Assembly: GCF_902652985.1 (NCBI RefSeq)
Contig: NC_047025.1
Location: forward strand, 22,010,001-22,074,000
Source of the DNA: Pecten maximus
Lineage: Eukaryota
Length of the DNA stretch: 64,000 nucleotides
Direction of reading: 5' to 3'
The notes under the pieces were generated by a model that saw only the letters and a list, made by a program, of their open reading frames with translations, made no database searches and had not been told where the DNA came from. Below are positions 11,522-25,800 of the stretch, piece after piece (position 1 is the first letter of the stretch; every line of letters starts with the position of its first letter). Both the position numbers and the translations under genes were made by a program.

Positions 11522-13422
11522 CGGTAGGATCGGTAGTGTAAGGACTTACCTAATATAGAAGGTGTCAGTAGCCGGTATGATAGGTAGTGTAAGGACTTAC
11601 CTAATACAGAAGGTGTCAGTAGCCGGTAGGATCGGTAGTGTAAGGACTTACCTAATATAGAAGGTGTCAGTAGCCGGTAGGATCGGTAGTGTAAGGACTT
11701 ACCTAATACAGAAGGTGTCAGTAGCCAGTATGATAGGTATTGTAAGGACTTACCTAATACAGAAGGTGTCAGTAGCCGGTAGGATCGGTAGTGTAAGGAC
11801 TTACCTAATATAGAAGGTGTCAGTAGCCGGTAGGATCGGTAGTGTAAGGACTTACCTAATACAGAAGGTGTCAGTAGCCGGTAGGATCGGTAGTGTAAGG
11901 ACTTACCTAATATAGAAGGTGTCAGTAGCCGGTAGGATCGGTAGTGTAAGGACTTACCTAATATAGAAGGTGTCGGTAGCCGGTATGATAGGTATTGTAA
12001 GGACTTACCTAATACAGAAGGTGTCAGTAGCCGGTAGGATCGGTAATGTAAGGACTTACCTAATACAGAAGGTGTCAGTAGCCGGTAGGATCGGTAGTGT
12101 AAGGACTTACCTAATACAGAAGGTGTCAGTAGCCGGTAGGATCGGTATTGTAAGGACTTACCTAATACAGAAGGTGTCGGTAGCCGGTAGGATCGGTAGT
12201 GTAAGGACTTACCTAATATAGAAGGTGTCAGTAGCCGGTATGATAGGTAGTGTAAGGACTTACCTAATATAGAAGGTGTCAGTAGCCGGTATGATAGGTA
12301 GTGTAAGGACTTACCTAATATAGAAGGTGTCAGTAGCCGGTATGATAGGTAGTGTAAGGACTTACCTAATACAGAAGGTGTCAGTAGCCGGTAGGATCGG
12401 TAGTGTAAGGACTTACCTAATATAGAAGGTGTCAGTAGCCGGTATGATAGGTAGTGTAAGGACTTACCTAATATAGAAGGTGTCAGTAGCCGGTAGGATC
12501 GGTAGTGTAAGGACTTACCTAATATAGAAGGTGTCAGTAGCCGGTAGGATCGGTAGTGTAAGGACTTACCTAATACAGAAGGTGTCAGTAGCCGGTAAGA
12601 TAGGTATTGTAAGGACTTACCTAATATAGAAGGTGTCAGTAGCCGGTAGGATCGGTAATGTAAGGACTTACCTAATACAGAAGGTGTCAGTAGCCGGTAG
12701 GATCGGTAGTGTAAGGACTTACCTAATACAGAAGGTGTCAGTAGCCGGTAGGATCGGTATTGTAAGGACTTACCTAATACAGAAGGTGTCGGTAGCCGGT
12801 AGGATCGGTAGTGTAAGGACTTACCTAATATAGAAGGTGTCAGTAGCCGGTATGATAGGTAGTGTAAGGACTTACCTAATATAGAAGGTGTCAGTAGCCG
12901 GTATGATAGGTAGTGTAAGGACTTACCTAATATAGAAGGTGTCAGTAGCCGGTATGATAGGTAGTGTAAGGACTTACCTAATACAGAAGGTGTCAGTAGC
13001 CGGTAGGATCGGTAGTGTAAGGACTAACCTAATATAGAAGGTGTCAGTAGCCGGTATGATAGGTAGTGTAAGGACTTACCTAATATAGAAGGTGTCAGTA
13101 GCCGGTAGGATCGGTAGTGTAAGGACTTACCTAATATAGAAGGTGTCAGTAGCCGGTAGGATCGGTAGTGTAAGGACTTACCTAATACAGAAGGTGTCAG
13201 TAGCCGGTAAGATAGGTATTGTAAGGACTTACCTAATATAGAAGGTGTCAGTAGCCGGTAGGATCGGTATTGTAAGGACTTACCTAATATAGAAGTTGTC
13301 AGTAGCCAGTATGATAGGTATTGTAAGGACTTACCTAATACAGAAGGTGTCAGTTGCCAGTAAGATAGGTATTGTAAGGACATACCTAATATAGAAGGTG
13401 TCAGTTGCCAGTAAGATAGGTA
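11522..13422. repeat. 51-bp minisatellite, ~37 copies
   Basis: Unit GGTAGGATCGGTAGTGTAAGGACTTACCTAATAYAGAAGGTGTCAGTAGCC; explains the 17-aa-periodic ORFs. Confidence 0.98.
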
Positions 13423-15074
13423 AGTATTTACGATATGAGAAGGTTAACCCACAACATCATAAAACGGAATCATGTTAATCATGAAAATGGTGTAAACACA
13501 TTTCTAACTGTAGGTTTTAAAAGAAAGAAAAGTTGCAACAAAATAGTCTGCATATTGTATATAAATTATTTTGTTTAATTTACTTTGAAGTGTGGTCAGC
13601 ATTTCCTTTATCAGAGTTAGTAGTTTCAGTAGTTGTGTGTTTTGGAGTCGACTTTTATATGTATACACCAATAGGCTCGTTTACCAATGTTGACTGATAC
13701 AATTTGTTTGTGTCATTGAAGTTGACAGTTACATACCTATATTTTTGTTTGCTACAATGAAAGCACGGGTTTGTTGCATTTGTTATCAAAACCACGGGTT
13801 TGTTAAAGATATTTACACAGGTTAACTAGTGGTCCAAGAAGTAATTGATTAGAATGTCTGATCTTGCACGCTCTTATATATTTGTGATATAATAACCTTT
13901 GTTTCCGCGCTAGAAATGCTCTACGTACTTCACCTTTCTTTCTGTGGTAGACATCTTCAAAAAACTTCTGACATATTTTTTCTTGTGAAATATCAAATTC
14001 GATTATATAATAGGAATTTTGTGTAATAATGGTAGTGTAACCTGCTTTAAAGTTTTATAAAAATAGCCTACAAATTAAATTTTCCGTAATGTTAAAATAT
14101 CAATAGACAATATATATACAATATATGTATTTTAAGTTTCACCATACTTGCACTGCTATTGGTGACATTTGAATTGTGGCAAATTTGTTTTACGCTCCAT
14201 GTTATAAACTAAAGGCAAGATAGCGCTTTATACATACAATTTGATTTGATCTGCATTATAAACCACACATTTGTGTTTCTGTAAATCATATCATGTGTTG
14301 AAAATATCGGTTCGTAAAATACAATCTTGTTTTATTACCATGTAAAGTACAATGCGTTGTGTTGACACAGAAAAATCGTAGAATACAATGAAATATATGC
14401 GGACATCGTTCAGTAGTGATACACAATATTTGTATGCTTACTCTCAATTCCAACCTTGTGATATACTTTACGGAAGTTAATACATGTCTGGGTTATACTC
14501 AGGTAAGTGGATGCATCGCCATTACAATAACTATAATTATAATATTTCTGGAGACCATATCCTCAAACAGGAGTAATATTTTTCATGGGAAGTACTTTAT
14601 TTTACTGAAATTACGATCTTGTTCTCAACTGAATCTCATTTCCCCTCAATTCTTTGAAAGTTATGTTGACAATACTTATCTATAAACTCCGTAGGTGTTC
14701 CAAAGTTTTACTTTAAGTAGTTATACATTTGTTTTATTGCACATGCATTTACTGTCTGTTACGATGTATTCATCCGCCTAGATCTTGTCCTTTATTTCAG
14801 ATTTTCTCATGCAGTATTGGTGAAATCTGTATATTAAACATTGGAAATAAGACATAATATCTCAAAAGGATTAATTCATCCTAGTCGTGTTATTTTCTAT
14901 AGATTATTATAAATAATACTATAATATAATATATATATTTATATATATAATATAATAATACTATAGATTATTTTAAACTTTTGTATTAGATATTATAATT
15001 TTATGTAAAATGACACCCGTCATTATGGAAATAAGGCATTACTCAGATCGTTTTGTTGCTTAACTGCTTGATAT

Positions 15075-15270
15075 CAGATCACAAGATTTATGAGCAAATA
15101 TCACGTGACTATCTATATAGTTAGGAATTTGATCACGTGATTTATTGGGGAAGTGCACATGATTACCTATATAGTTATATAAGATCACATGATAAATCAG
15201 CATAGATCACATGACTATATGTATAGTAAAACAGATCACGTGATTTATCTATAAAGGGGATCACGTGGTA
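15075..15270. repeat. Degenerate short repeat built on GATCACRTGA
   Basis: About 7-8 CACGTG/CACATG-type cores at ~20-32-bp spacing. Confidence 0.6.
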
Positions 15271-16079
15271 TAACTGCTTACAGTGACCATGCCACATCAT
15301 TTTGATGTCAATGGCAAAACATTTGTGATTGCTATGAACAATAACATTTTCTATCCGACAGTTTTGTTTCAGCGTTGCAATTTCATCATGAAGATATTAG
15401 TGAATGAAGGCAGCGCTATTTATAGACACTAACTTTGATAAAATAAACAAGCATTAATAATGTTTATTTGGTTGTAGTATGTCAGAGGACAACAACTTTA
15501 GTTATTATATTTTATCTTATTATCGAAATAACCACAAGGTATATGTTACCTCTTATATTGTTTTAAAATATATCATTCACATATTATTAAGTCTTCTTGT
15601 TAGGCATTTTAGAACTTTTTAACCTGTAGGCAGAATGTTCTATTTTTTTTTACCAAATATTGTTATTTTGTGACACTTTAGCGAGCAGTATACCAAACAG
15701 GAGCTTGTGTGGAATTAGTCAAAATTGCATTCTTACTTTGAATAATTAAGTATCGTTGAGAAAATATATATTTAATCTTGTACTCCATACTGGGACTGTA
15801 ATCCGGAGCTTGCATCATTTCCGTACTACTTATTGTACTATAAGTTAGCATAACATCACGGAAAATATATCTCACAGTTTGATAAAGACACCTCATCACA
15901 AAATATAGATGACAAACACTTAATTAACCACAAAACTTGATGACGAACACCTCAAAGGAAAACTGTATGACAAACACCTCCAAGAAAAACTTGATGACGA
16001 CACGAAACGCTACATCATGTGACAGAATATATCATCACAGTAGCGGAATGTCATACATGTGATATTATTCAATGATATA

Positions 16080-16161
16080 CTTTGTTTGTGTTAATACAAT
16101 GAGGCCTCAGGGAATATCACCTTTCTCATGTTAACAATTCCTTGTATTAACCGTAACAAAG
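16080..16161. repeat. Imperfect inverted repeat, MITE-like remnant
   Basis: ACTTTGTTTGTGTTAATACAA versus TTGTATTAACCGTAACAAAGT; TTCTCAxGTTAACAATTCCTTGT also recurs directly near 16236. Confidence 0.45.
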
Positions 16162-16864
16162 TCGATAACTGTTTTGTTATAAGAAAAGATTCCTATAATA
16201 CCATTTTTGCTAAGTTCTAGGTTTAAAGCCGAGAGTTCTCAGGTTAACAATTCCTTGTTCAACAAGTCTTTTGGAGGAGTAAAAAAGTGAAAATGAAAAA
16301 GACCACTTCAAGACAACATATATTTCTGTACATGTACATGTGTTTTTAGAATGTTGAATACAAATACGAAGACTTATTTTTGTGTTTTGTCAAGATATTG
16401 ATTGATTTTTTAAAAATTATATGTACCAAAAATACGAATAAGGTATTTGAAATGTTCTAGACGTAGGTATAATTTTCATGAACATCAAAACCGAAATGTA
16501 GGTGTTATGATAATAAATAAAATACATTATTTATCTTACTGCGTTACGTATAATCTGTCTCTAATCTTAAAATAATTTTGTATAGGAAAAGAGCACTTTA
16601 CGTCTGCAAGAAAAATCAAACCGTGTATGCATTACAAGACATTTGTCAAGTACAGTGCACTTTTACTTGAGAAATGAATGCTTCCTGCTTTCATATCAAG
16701 GGAGGTAATTACATGTAATCTTATATATTATCGGTCTGCATTTGTATTTGGAAGTAAATGTTAGGCTGGAAAACACCTAGTATGATCGTCAGTCATTATA
16801 ATCACTCATTATCATAAACCATTTGGATGTTTTTTAGACATATACGGACAGTAATGATGTTATT

Positions 16865-17393
16865 TATAAGTATTAAAATGCCTTCCTAGGAAAGTTATTG
16901 CCCTGTAATTCTCACGGAGTAGCAGACAAATTAAATCAGTGGCGTTATTAGTAACACGTTAGTAGCACGTTATTAGTAACACGTTAGTAGCACGTTATTA
17001 GTAACACGTTATTAGCACGTTATTAGTAACACGTTAGTAGCACGTTATTAGTAACACGTTAGTAGCACGTTATTAGTAACACGTTAGTAGCACGTTATTA
17101 GTAACACGTTAGTAGCACGTTATTAGTAACACGTTATTAGTAACACGTTAGTAGCGCGTTATTAGTAGCACGTTAGTAGCGCGTTATTAGTAACACGTTA
17201 GTAGCACGTTAGTAGTAACACGTTAGTAACACGTTAGTAGCACGTTATTAGTAAGACGTTAGTAGCACGTTATTAGTAAGACGTTAGTAGCACGTTATTA
17301 GTAAGACGTTAGTAGCGTGTTATTCAATTTGTCTGACATCCTGTGAGAATTATACAACTATAACTTTCCAAAGAAGACAGTTTAATATTTATA
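16865..17393. mobile_element. Palindromic (foldback/MITE-like) element with ~70-bp inverted arms enclosing a minisatellite
   Basis: Left arm 16865-16935 (GGAAAGTTAT..TAATTCTCAC..CAGACAAATT) matches the reverse complement of 17323-17393 (AATTTGTCTG..GTGAGAATTA..ATAACTTTCC). Confidence 0.65.
16943..17322. repeat. 25-bp minisatellite made of 14+11-bp subunits, ~15 copies
   Basis: Unit CACGTTATTAGTAA-CACGTTAGTAG. Confidence 0.95.
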
Positions 17394-20300
17394 TTTCCGT
17401 TTTAAATTTAAGTTTTCTTATATTAAACTTGTAACAGTGTTATCACATTTAAAAGTCAATGGGACCTGTTCTTGTGACGTCACAGGTATACATGACGTTC
17501 TCGTTAATTTCAACATTTTAAAAGAATTATTCCGCCGTGAGGATTTTCACCTTTTACATCTCGTAACTATATAAAATGTTGCGAGTTACGGTGCTCAATC
17601 GGGGTTTTTAATCTGGTAGCATGAATTTCATTACGTCACAGATACATATAATGTAGTGACGTAAGACAAAACACGTCATTAAGTGATGACGTCTCGATCA
17701 TTGTTCTTTGTGTCACTTCACCCATAGGAAGTTATGTGAGATTTATGATCTGGTAACTTTCTATTTTGTTTGGTAAGGTTATAAAATGACATTGCAGTGT
17801 AAATGGAGATATTCAAACATATCGTATTGTCTAATATGACAAATTGGTGAGAGACACGTTCTAACAACATACGAGCTCTTCTCCATACATACAGCATAAT
17901 AGAAATACATCACGAGATATACACTGTACATTACTCGTGTTCACAGAAGTTTACTAAAATAATAATATAACAGATTATTTTCTTTAAATCAATTTTTGAA
18001 AATGATTTAAAGAGAAATTAGATGAGAGGCAAGTAGAGAAAGTATAGATTCGGTGCCGATGATAAATGGTTCGATTGTAATATTGTAACGAACAGGAGTC
18101 TTTAACAGAACCAACTTCCTTTATTAACGATAGCGTCTACTCTAAAACAGATAAACATAAACATTGGATTACTGCCCTTACCACTCCCGTCACGAGCGGT
18201 AACTCTTCTGTCCTTGTACTGAACTCGACTCCTCAGAACTGTTTCATTCAGAAAATCTACAAGCATGTGAGACAGTGTATCCTGTGAAAGTAATAAAAGC
18301 ACAAAATCAGTACGTTTGTTTATTATTATTCTGATCATGCTGTTTTAATTATTTTATACGGTTTGTAAATAAATCTAACCCTTACGAAATTATCATAAAT
18401 GCTGAAATGTTCCTAGTAAAGCAAAATGTATCGTTTTAAAATTGACACCACCAAACGTTTGTGAATTTCGAATATATCAACCATTTCATTCGGCATACAA
18501 CGTTAAACACAATGTAATGATGTTGACGATTATAATGTGTGGTGACATTAACGCACTATACAACATGGAGGAATAACGCCGTCAAAAATTAATAGAACTC
18601 GGTGCCATACAGCTGTTTTGTCATTCTTGGACTACTTAAATATGTGAAAATCCAGAAAGGAAATCAGGAAGATCAAAGCCTGCAAAATGTTTATGTATAT
18701 ATTTACATCAGAATCATGGTGTCTGGAAATTAGAAAATATTATAGAGGTAATGGAATGCGGGTGTATATTTTGAACGGGCGCCGCTGTTCTCAAGCAGTT
18801 AAATATTTATGATTCTTTTTATATATTTTTGGAACAATCTAATCATTTGATATCGACTGACATGTATATGCGAAAGTATTACGATCAAGAATTGGAAAAT
18901 TCACAATTACGGACTAGAACGTCACATTAATCACACATATTATTAGGGAGCTGTCCCTGTCGGATACGTAATAGTCATGATATATCTAATCATATCCCTC
19001 TCCAGGCTTTAACGGTGTACGATTACCTAGCACTGGTCTTTATAAACCGTTATTGTATTGTGTGATGTGGCCTATTATAACATTATTTGTTTCTTGTCTA
19101 TTCCGTCTTTTCGTAATGAAGAGTTATCTGCTCTTGTGAGTAGGTATTAATTGACATTAACGTCATTTGTTTGTGAGAACACGACGTAATTTTTTCGCAA
19201 AAAGTAATGACTTAGCAATTAATTTGGAGCATATTAATCTGCATTGCGAAAAAGACGGAATCTAAATAATAACAATAGCTTCTCTGAGCTGGATTCCTTC
19301 CATCTGCCTGTCATAATAACAGTACCTACAGAGAGCTGGACTTCTATACAACAGAGCGTTATTCGGTCTGTGAGCTATCCAAACAGAGATGACAGCATTG
19401 TGCCACTAGTATGTCAAAAACTTATTGTATAACCATGAGCATTTCCGTTGTTTTATCGCAATCCTTCAAAAACGATAATGCGCATTCCCCATGGACGAGT
19501 AAGACGTCGTCCTACATATTGTATTATAAAATGTACTTTGAACGTTTGATGTATAAAATGCAATACTCTGGCTCCGTGTAAACATTGATTTGTCATTTTC
19601 GGTTTTTCGTAAGAAATTTATCAGAGTTAGATGATTATATATATAATTAATAAACGGGTTGAATCAATTCAAAATTCTATGAAAACGAGTGTCATACCCT
19701 CCATATAGACTGCTTTACACGATTTACCATTTCAGTAAGATTTATGCAACGGGTGTTGAGAATTCTTTATTTCAGCGAGCCTCGTGCCAACAGTAACGAA
19801 AATTTCGCGACGAATGTCATAGTCTTATATAGAGTATCGATTTTAAAAAATATTTATTTAATATTAATCAATACAGTACTGTCCATGCTGATTTAAATCT
19901 CAAATAGTTAAGGAGTGTGTCTGTGTGGATATTGCAATACGAAAACTAGGAGAATCTATAGATGTTAGTACATTTGTAACTGGCTCTAAAGAGCTTATTG
20001 TGACTGATAAAAAAATATATCAAATATATTTGCCATTTTCCTGTGTTCCAACCCATTGAACGCCTAAAACGCTTTTTTACCCGATTCGCTTTGCAAACAG
20101 ATACATACAAATAAATGTATGTTGGATCCTGTTATCACGTGATTCGGATAGATATGACAACTGGCTACCTTCTTTAAGTTCTCAAAATATTAACTTCGGC
20201 AACTTCTACGTTCAATTAACATGTAGAAACAGAGTACATGGCATTGTATACAATACACAAATACATATACCTTTCTCTGGTTTTAATTGGAATAGCTTTT

Positions 20301-21254
20301 AACAATTCCACAGATACCTAATCATTATTGACAATTGCAAGCACTTAGAAGTAATGATACTGACAATACACGACAATGATGGTGTGTAGTGTGTCTCCGT
20401 ACGTATTGTTTGGTCGGGGACATGTCTAATGTTTCACGGCTACCTGTATAGAATCTATTTGTTCGGTCACAATAAACAACAGTACATACCAGGTCTTTGT
20501 CCCTCAGCTATACGACACAGAACACACAAAGTGTACAATACCATGATCTTCTAGATCACTTTCCTTTCTCGTGGAAACAAAGCAACTTTTGTTCGTCGTT
20601 GACAAACATATACTGATTATATCGAAGACGTATACAGCGAAACCTATGACTAGTTATGCTAATTATCACCATAATTATAACTAATTATAATCTAAAAATT
20701 GTCTTTGTCTTGAATCTAGTTAGGACACGTTAGTTTGTACCGTTTGTTTAAAAAGAAATTTAAGAAATATTTGTTGTATGTAGGTTTAGGTATCTTCTTG
20801 CATAGACTGACTTTTCATTATGAACTTAAAACATAACGACGTTTTTTTTTTTACTAAACATGTATGCACACCAAATAGCAATAATGTGAAATACATCAAT
20901 ATATTTGTCTATATCACAGAACAAGCAATCCTTATAATAAAATGACAACTCGTCCACTTTTTTTTCGCAAATAATTCGTGATCAATGTAAACATATTTAT
21001 ATATCTGTCTATCGACAAGTTGCTTCGAATGACTTCTAACACAAGTGTTTCGCCAACGTTTCACCAAATTTGAAAACAAGTTTGACTGGTTCTTTGGTTT
21101 AAGGTATCCAAGACTTTATTAGGTGTATGAACTGAGAAATGTTAAAACGATGTAGAAGAAACATGAAATAGGAGACCTCAAAATAAGGGTGAAGACATCA
21201 TGGTCTGCAAGAAATCAAAACAACAGGGAACATATTATGAGCTGAGAGATTGGA

Positions 21255-21780
21255 GAGTTCAAATATAAAGGGGAATATATCAATAACTGGGAGAATTCAA
21301 ATATAAAGGGGAATATATCAATAACTGGGATAATTCAAATATAAAGGGGAATATATCAACAACTGGGAAAATTCAAATATAAAGGGGAATATATCAATAA
21401 CTGGGATAATTCAAATATAAAGGGGAATATATCAACAACTGGGAAAATTCAAATATAAAGGGGAATATATCAACAACTGGGAAAATTCAAACATAAAGGG
21501 GAATATATCAATAACTGGGAGAATTCAAATATAAAGGGGAATATATCAACAACTGGGAAAATTCAAACATAAAGGAGAATATAATATTAAATTGGAGAGT
21601 ACGAAACAAAGGGGAATATACCATTAACTGGGACAGTTCAAAACAGATGGTAATATACCATTAACTGGGACAGTTCAAAACAGATGGTAATATAACATTT
21701 ACTGGGACAGTTCAAAACAGATGGTAATATAACATTTACTGAGAGAGTTCAAAACAGATGGTAATATAACATTAACAAGG
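21255..21780. repeat. 36-38-bp minisatellite, ~14 copies, diverging toward its edges
   Basis: Unit TTCAAATATAAAGGGGAATATATCAAYAACTGGGANAA, grading into TTCAAAACAGATGGTAATATAMCATTWACTGGGACAG. Confidence 0.92.
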
Positions 21781-22821
21781 AAATTGAATTATATCATAAC
21801 TGAGTACACAACGAGGCTGTATCGCACCCTGTCCCACATGTGGCTACAAGCAGGAACCGTAATACTGTCTCCGTGGCTGAAGTCATGACGTCTTCTGTCA
21901 CTACATGCAGGGGTCATAATTTCTCCTATCACCACATCTGGCTCAAGTCAGGGCGTCTTCTGTCACTAAATGCAAGGGTCGTGATAATGTCCCCCGTCAC
22001 CACATGTGGCACCTATCATCTTGGAAGAAAAACAGGTGAACACATTCAATTATGAATTTAGTTATCAACACAGTTTTATGATGGGAAGAGAGCACATTGC
22101 GTGATGGCTGTAAGTTCTTGGGAGGGGATGGGTCATTGAGATAAATTAAGTGCTGGATAATAAAATTAACAGCACTAGAACATCGTCAATAATCAGACTA
22201 TAAAGTAGGCGGTCTAAGATGGATCCGTCGTGTGGTATGACCCTTAAGTTTAAAAACGAACACTTTCATCGAAAAAAACTATTATGGTCATAAAGGAGAC
22301 ATCAATAAGAATGTTAATTATTTTTTTCAGCAAAGTGACCTTTTAATTGATACCACCAATAGCGGCTAACATTTTTTGACAAAAGGAATTATGTGTTTTA
22401 GTATATGACAAGATGAAAAAAGACGTGTACGTTTATTATGTCTGGTTTGCATCTTTCTAAATGGACTCCAAAAAATAACGTTTGATGTGTTATTGTAAGC
22501 ATTGATACATTATGTATGTTATAATTGTACATTAATGTTTTATAATTGTAATGGGTTACTTAACCTAGTGTTCTAATTATACAAAGTGTCTCCATTCTAC
22601 TCTAATTATAATAAACAGTCTCCATTGTAATCATAATGATTAGTTTTAATGTCTTAGCTGTTGTGACATTTTTATCTACGTTTAATATACATTTTATTCC
22701 CGCATATTTTTCTTTTCAACCTAATTTTCTGAATTTTCCTGTTAAATGTTTCATACAGTACATGATATGATGTGTTTCTTTTTGCAATCTCCCTTTTCAT
22801 TATATCTTACCCTTTGTTTTG

Positions 22822-25800
22822 CAGTCTCCCACACCATGATGTCTTCCCTCTGTTTTACAGTCTGAGTGCCAGTCTCCCACACCACGATGTCTTCCCTCTG
22901 TTTTACAGTCTGAGTGCCAGTCTCCCACACCACGATGTCTTCCCTCTGTTTTACAGTCTGAGTGCCAGTCTCCCACACCATGATGTCTTCCCTCTGTTTT
23001 ACAGTCTGAGTGCCAGTCTCCCACACCACGATGTCTTCCCTCTGTTTTACAGTCTGAGTGCCAGTCTCCCACACCACGATGTCTTCCCTCTGTTTTACAG
23101 TCTGAGTGCCAGTCTCCCACACCACGATGTCTTCCCTCTGTTTTACAGTCTGAGTGCCAGTCTCCCACACCACGATGTCTTCCCTCTGTTTTACAGTCTG
23201 AGTGCCAGTCTCCCACACCATGATGTCTTCCCTCTGTTTTACAGTCTGAGTGCCAGTCTCCCACACCACGATGTCTTCCCTCTGTTTTACAGTCTGAGTG
23301 CCAGTCTCCCACACCACGATGTCTTCCCTCTGTTTTACAGTCTGAGTGCCAGTCTCCCACACCACGATGTCTTCCCTCTGTTTTACAGTCTGAGTGCCAG
23401 TCTCCCACACCACGATGTCTTCCCTCTGTTTTACAGTCTGAGTGCCAGTCTCCCACACCACGATGTCTTCCCTCTGTTTTACAGTCTGAGTGCCAGTCTC
23501 CCACACCATGATGTCTTCCCTCTGTTTTACAGTCTGAGTGCCAGTCTCCCACACCACGATGTCTTCCCTCTGTTTTACAGTCTGAGTGCCAGTCTCCCAC
23601 ACCATGATGTCTTCCCTCTGTTTTACAGTCTGAGTGCCAGTCTCCCACACCACGATGTCTTCCCTCTGTTTTACAGTCTGAGTGCCAGTCTCCCACACCA
23701 CGATGTCTTCCCTCTGTTTTACAGTCTGAGTGCCAGTCTCCCACACCACGATGTCTTCCCTCTGTTTTACAGTCTGAGTGCCAGTCTCCCACACCACGAT
23801 GTCTTCCCTCTGTTTTACAGTCTGAGTGCCAGTCTCCCACACCACGATGTCTTCCCTCTGTTTTACAGTCTGAGTGCCAGTCTCCCACACCACGATGTCT
23901 TCCCTCTGTTTTACAGTCTGAGTGCCAGTCTCCCACACCACGATGTCTTCCCTCTGTTTTACAGTCTGAGTGCCAGTCTCCCACACCATGATGTCTTCCC
24001 TCTGTTTTACAGTCTGAGTGCCAGTCTCCCACACCACGATGTCTTCCCTCTGTTTTACAGTCTGAGTGCCAGTCTCCCACACCACGATGTCTTCCCTCTG
24101 TTTTACAGTCTGAGTGCCAGTCTCCCACACCATGATGTCTTCCCTCTGTTTTACAGTCTGAGTGCCAGTCTCCCACACCACGATGTCTTCCCTCTGTTTT
24201 ACAGTCTGAGTGCCAGTCTCCCACACCACGATGTCTTCCCTCTGTTTTACAGTCTGAGTGCCAGTCTCCCACACCACGATGTCTTCCCTCTGTTTTACAG
24301 TCTGAGTGCCAGTCTCCCACACCACGATGTCTTCCCTCTGTTTTACAGTCTGAGTGCCAGTCTCCCACACCATGATGTCTTCCCTTGTTTTACAGTCTGA
24401 GTGCCAGTCTCCCACACCACGATGTCTTCCCTCTGTTTTACAGTCTGAGTGCCAGTCTCCCACACCATGATGTCTTCCCTCTGTTTTACAGTCTGAGTGC
24501 CAGTCTCCCACACCATGATGTCTTCCCTCTGTTTTACAGTCTGAGTGCCAGTCTCCCACACCACGATGTCTTCCCTCTGTTTTACAGTCTGAGTGCCAGT
24601 CTCCCACACCACGATGTCTTACCCTCTGTTTTACAGTCTGAGTGCCAGCCTCCCACACCACGATGTCTTCCCTCTGTTTTACAGTCTGAGTGCCAGTCTC
24701 TCCACACCACTGATGTCTTCCCTCTGTTTTACAGTCTGAGTGCCAGTCTCCCACACCACGATGTCTTCCCTCTGTTTTTACAGTCTGAGTGCCAGTCTCC
24801 CACACCACGATGTCTTCCCTCTGTTTTACAGTCCGAGTGCCAGTCTCCCATAACCACGATGTCTTCCCTCTGTTTTACAGTCTGAGTGCCAGTCTCCCAC
24901 ACCACGATGTCTTCCCTCTGTTTACAGTCTGAGTGTCAGTCTCCCACACCACGATGTCTTCCCTCTGTTTTACAGTCTGAGTGCCAGTCTCCCACACCAC
25001 GATGTCTTCCCTCTGTTTTACAGTCTGAGTGCCAGTCTCCCACACCACGATGTCTTCCCTCTGTTTTACAGTCTGAGTGCCAGTCTCCCACACCACGATG
25101 TCTTCCCTCTGTTTTACAGTCTGAGTGCCAGTCTCCCACACCACGATGTCTTCCCTCTGTTTTACAGTCTGAGTGCCAGTCTCCCACACCACGATGTCTT
25201 CCCTCTGTTTTACAGTCTGAGTGCCAGTCTCCCACACCACGATGTCTTCCCTCTGTTTTACAGTCTGAGTGCCAGTCTCCCACACCACGATGTCTTCCCT
25301 CTGTTTTACAGTCTGAGTGCCAGTCTCCCACACCACGATGTCTTCCCTCTGTTTTACAGTCTGAGTGCCAGTCTCCCACACCACGATGTCTTCCCTCTGT
25401 TTTACAGTCTGAGTGCCAGTCTCCCACACCACGATGTCTTCCCTCTGTTTTACAGTCTGAGTGCCAGTCCTCCCACACCACGATGTCTTCCCTCTGTTTT
25501 ACAGTCTGAGTGCCAGTCTCCCACACCACGATGTCTTCCCTCTGTTTTACAGTCTGAGTGCAAGTCTCCCACACCACGATGTCTTCCCTCTGTTTTACAG
25601 TCTGAGTGCCAGCCTCCCACACCACGATGTCTTCCCTCTGTTTTACAGTCTGAGTGCCAGTCTCCCACACCACGATGTCTTCCCTCTGTTTTACAGTCTG
25701 AGTGCCAGTCTCCCACACCACGATGTCTTCCCTCTGTTTTACAGTCTGAGTGCCAGTCTCCCACACCACGATGTCTTCCCTCTGTTTTACAGTCTGAGTG

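Noticed and set aside
4130-13383. Periodic ORFs at 4130-4600 and 11970-13383
   Set aside because: They are translations of the 27-bp and 51-bp minisatellites, with frequent in-frame stops in neighbouring units.
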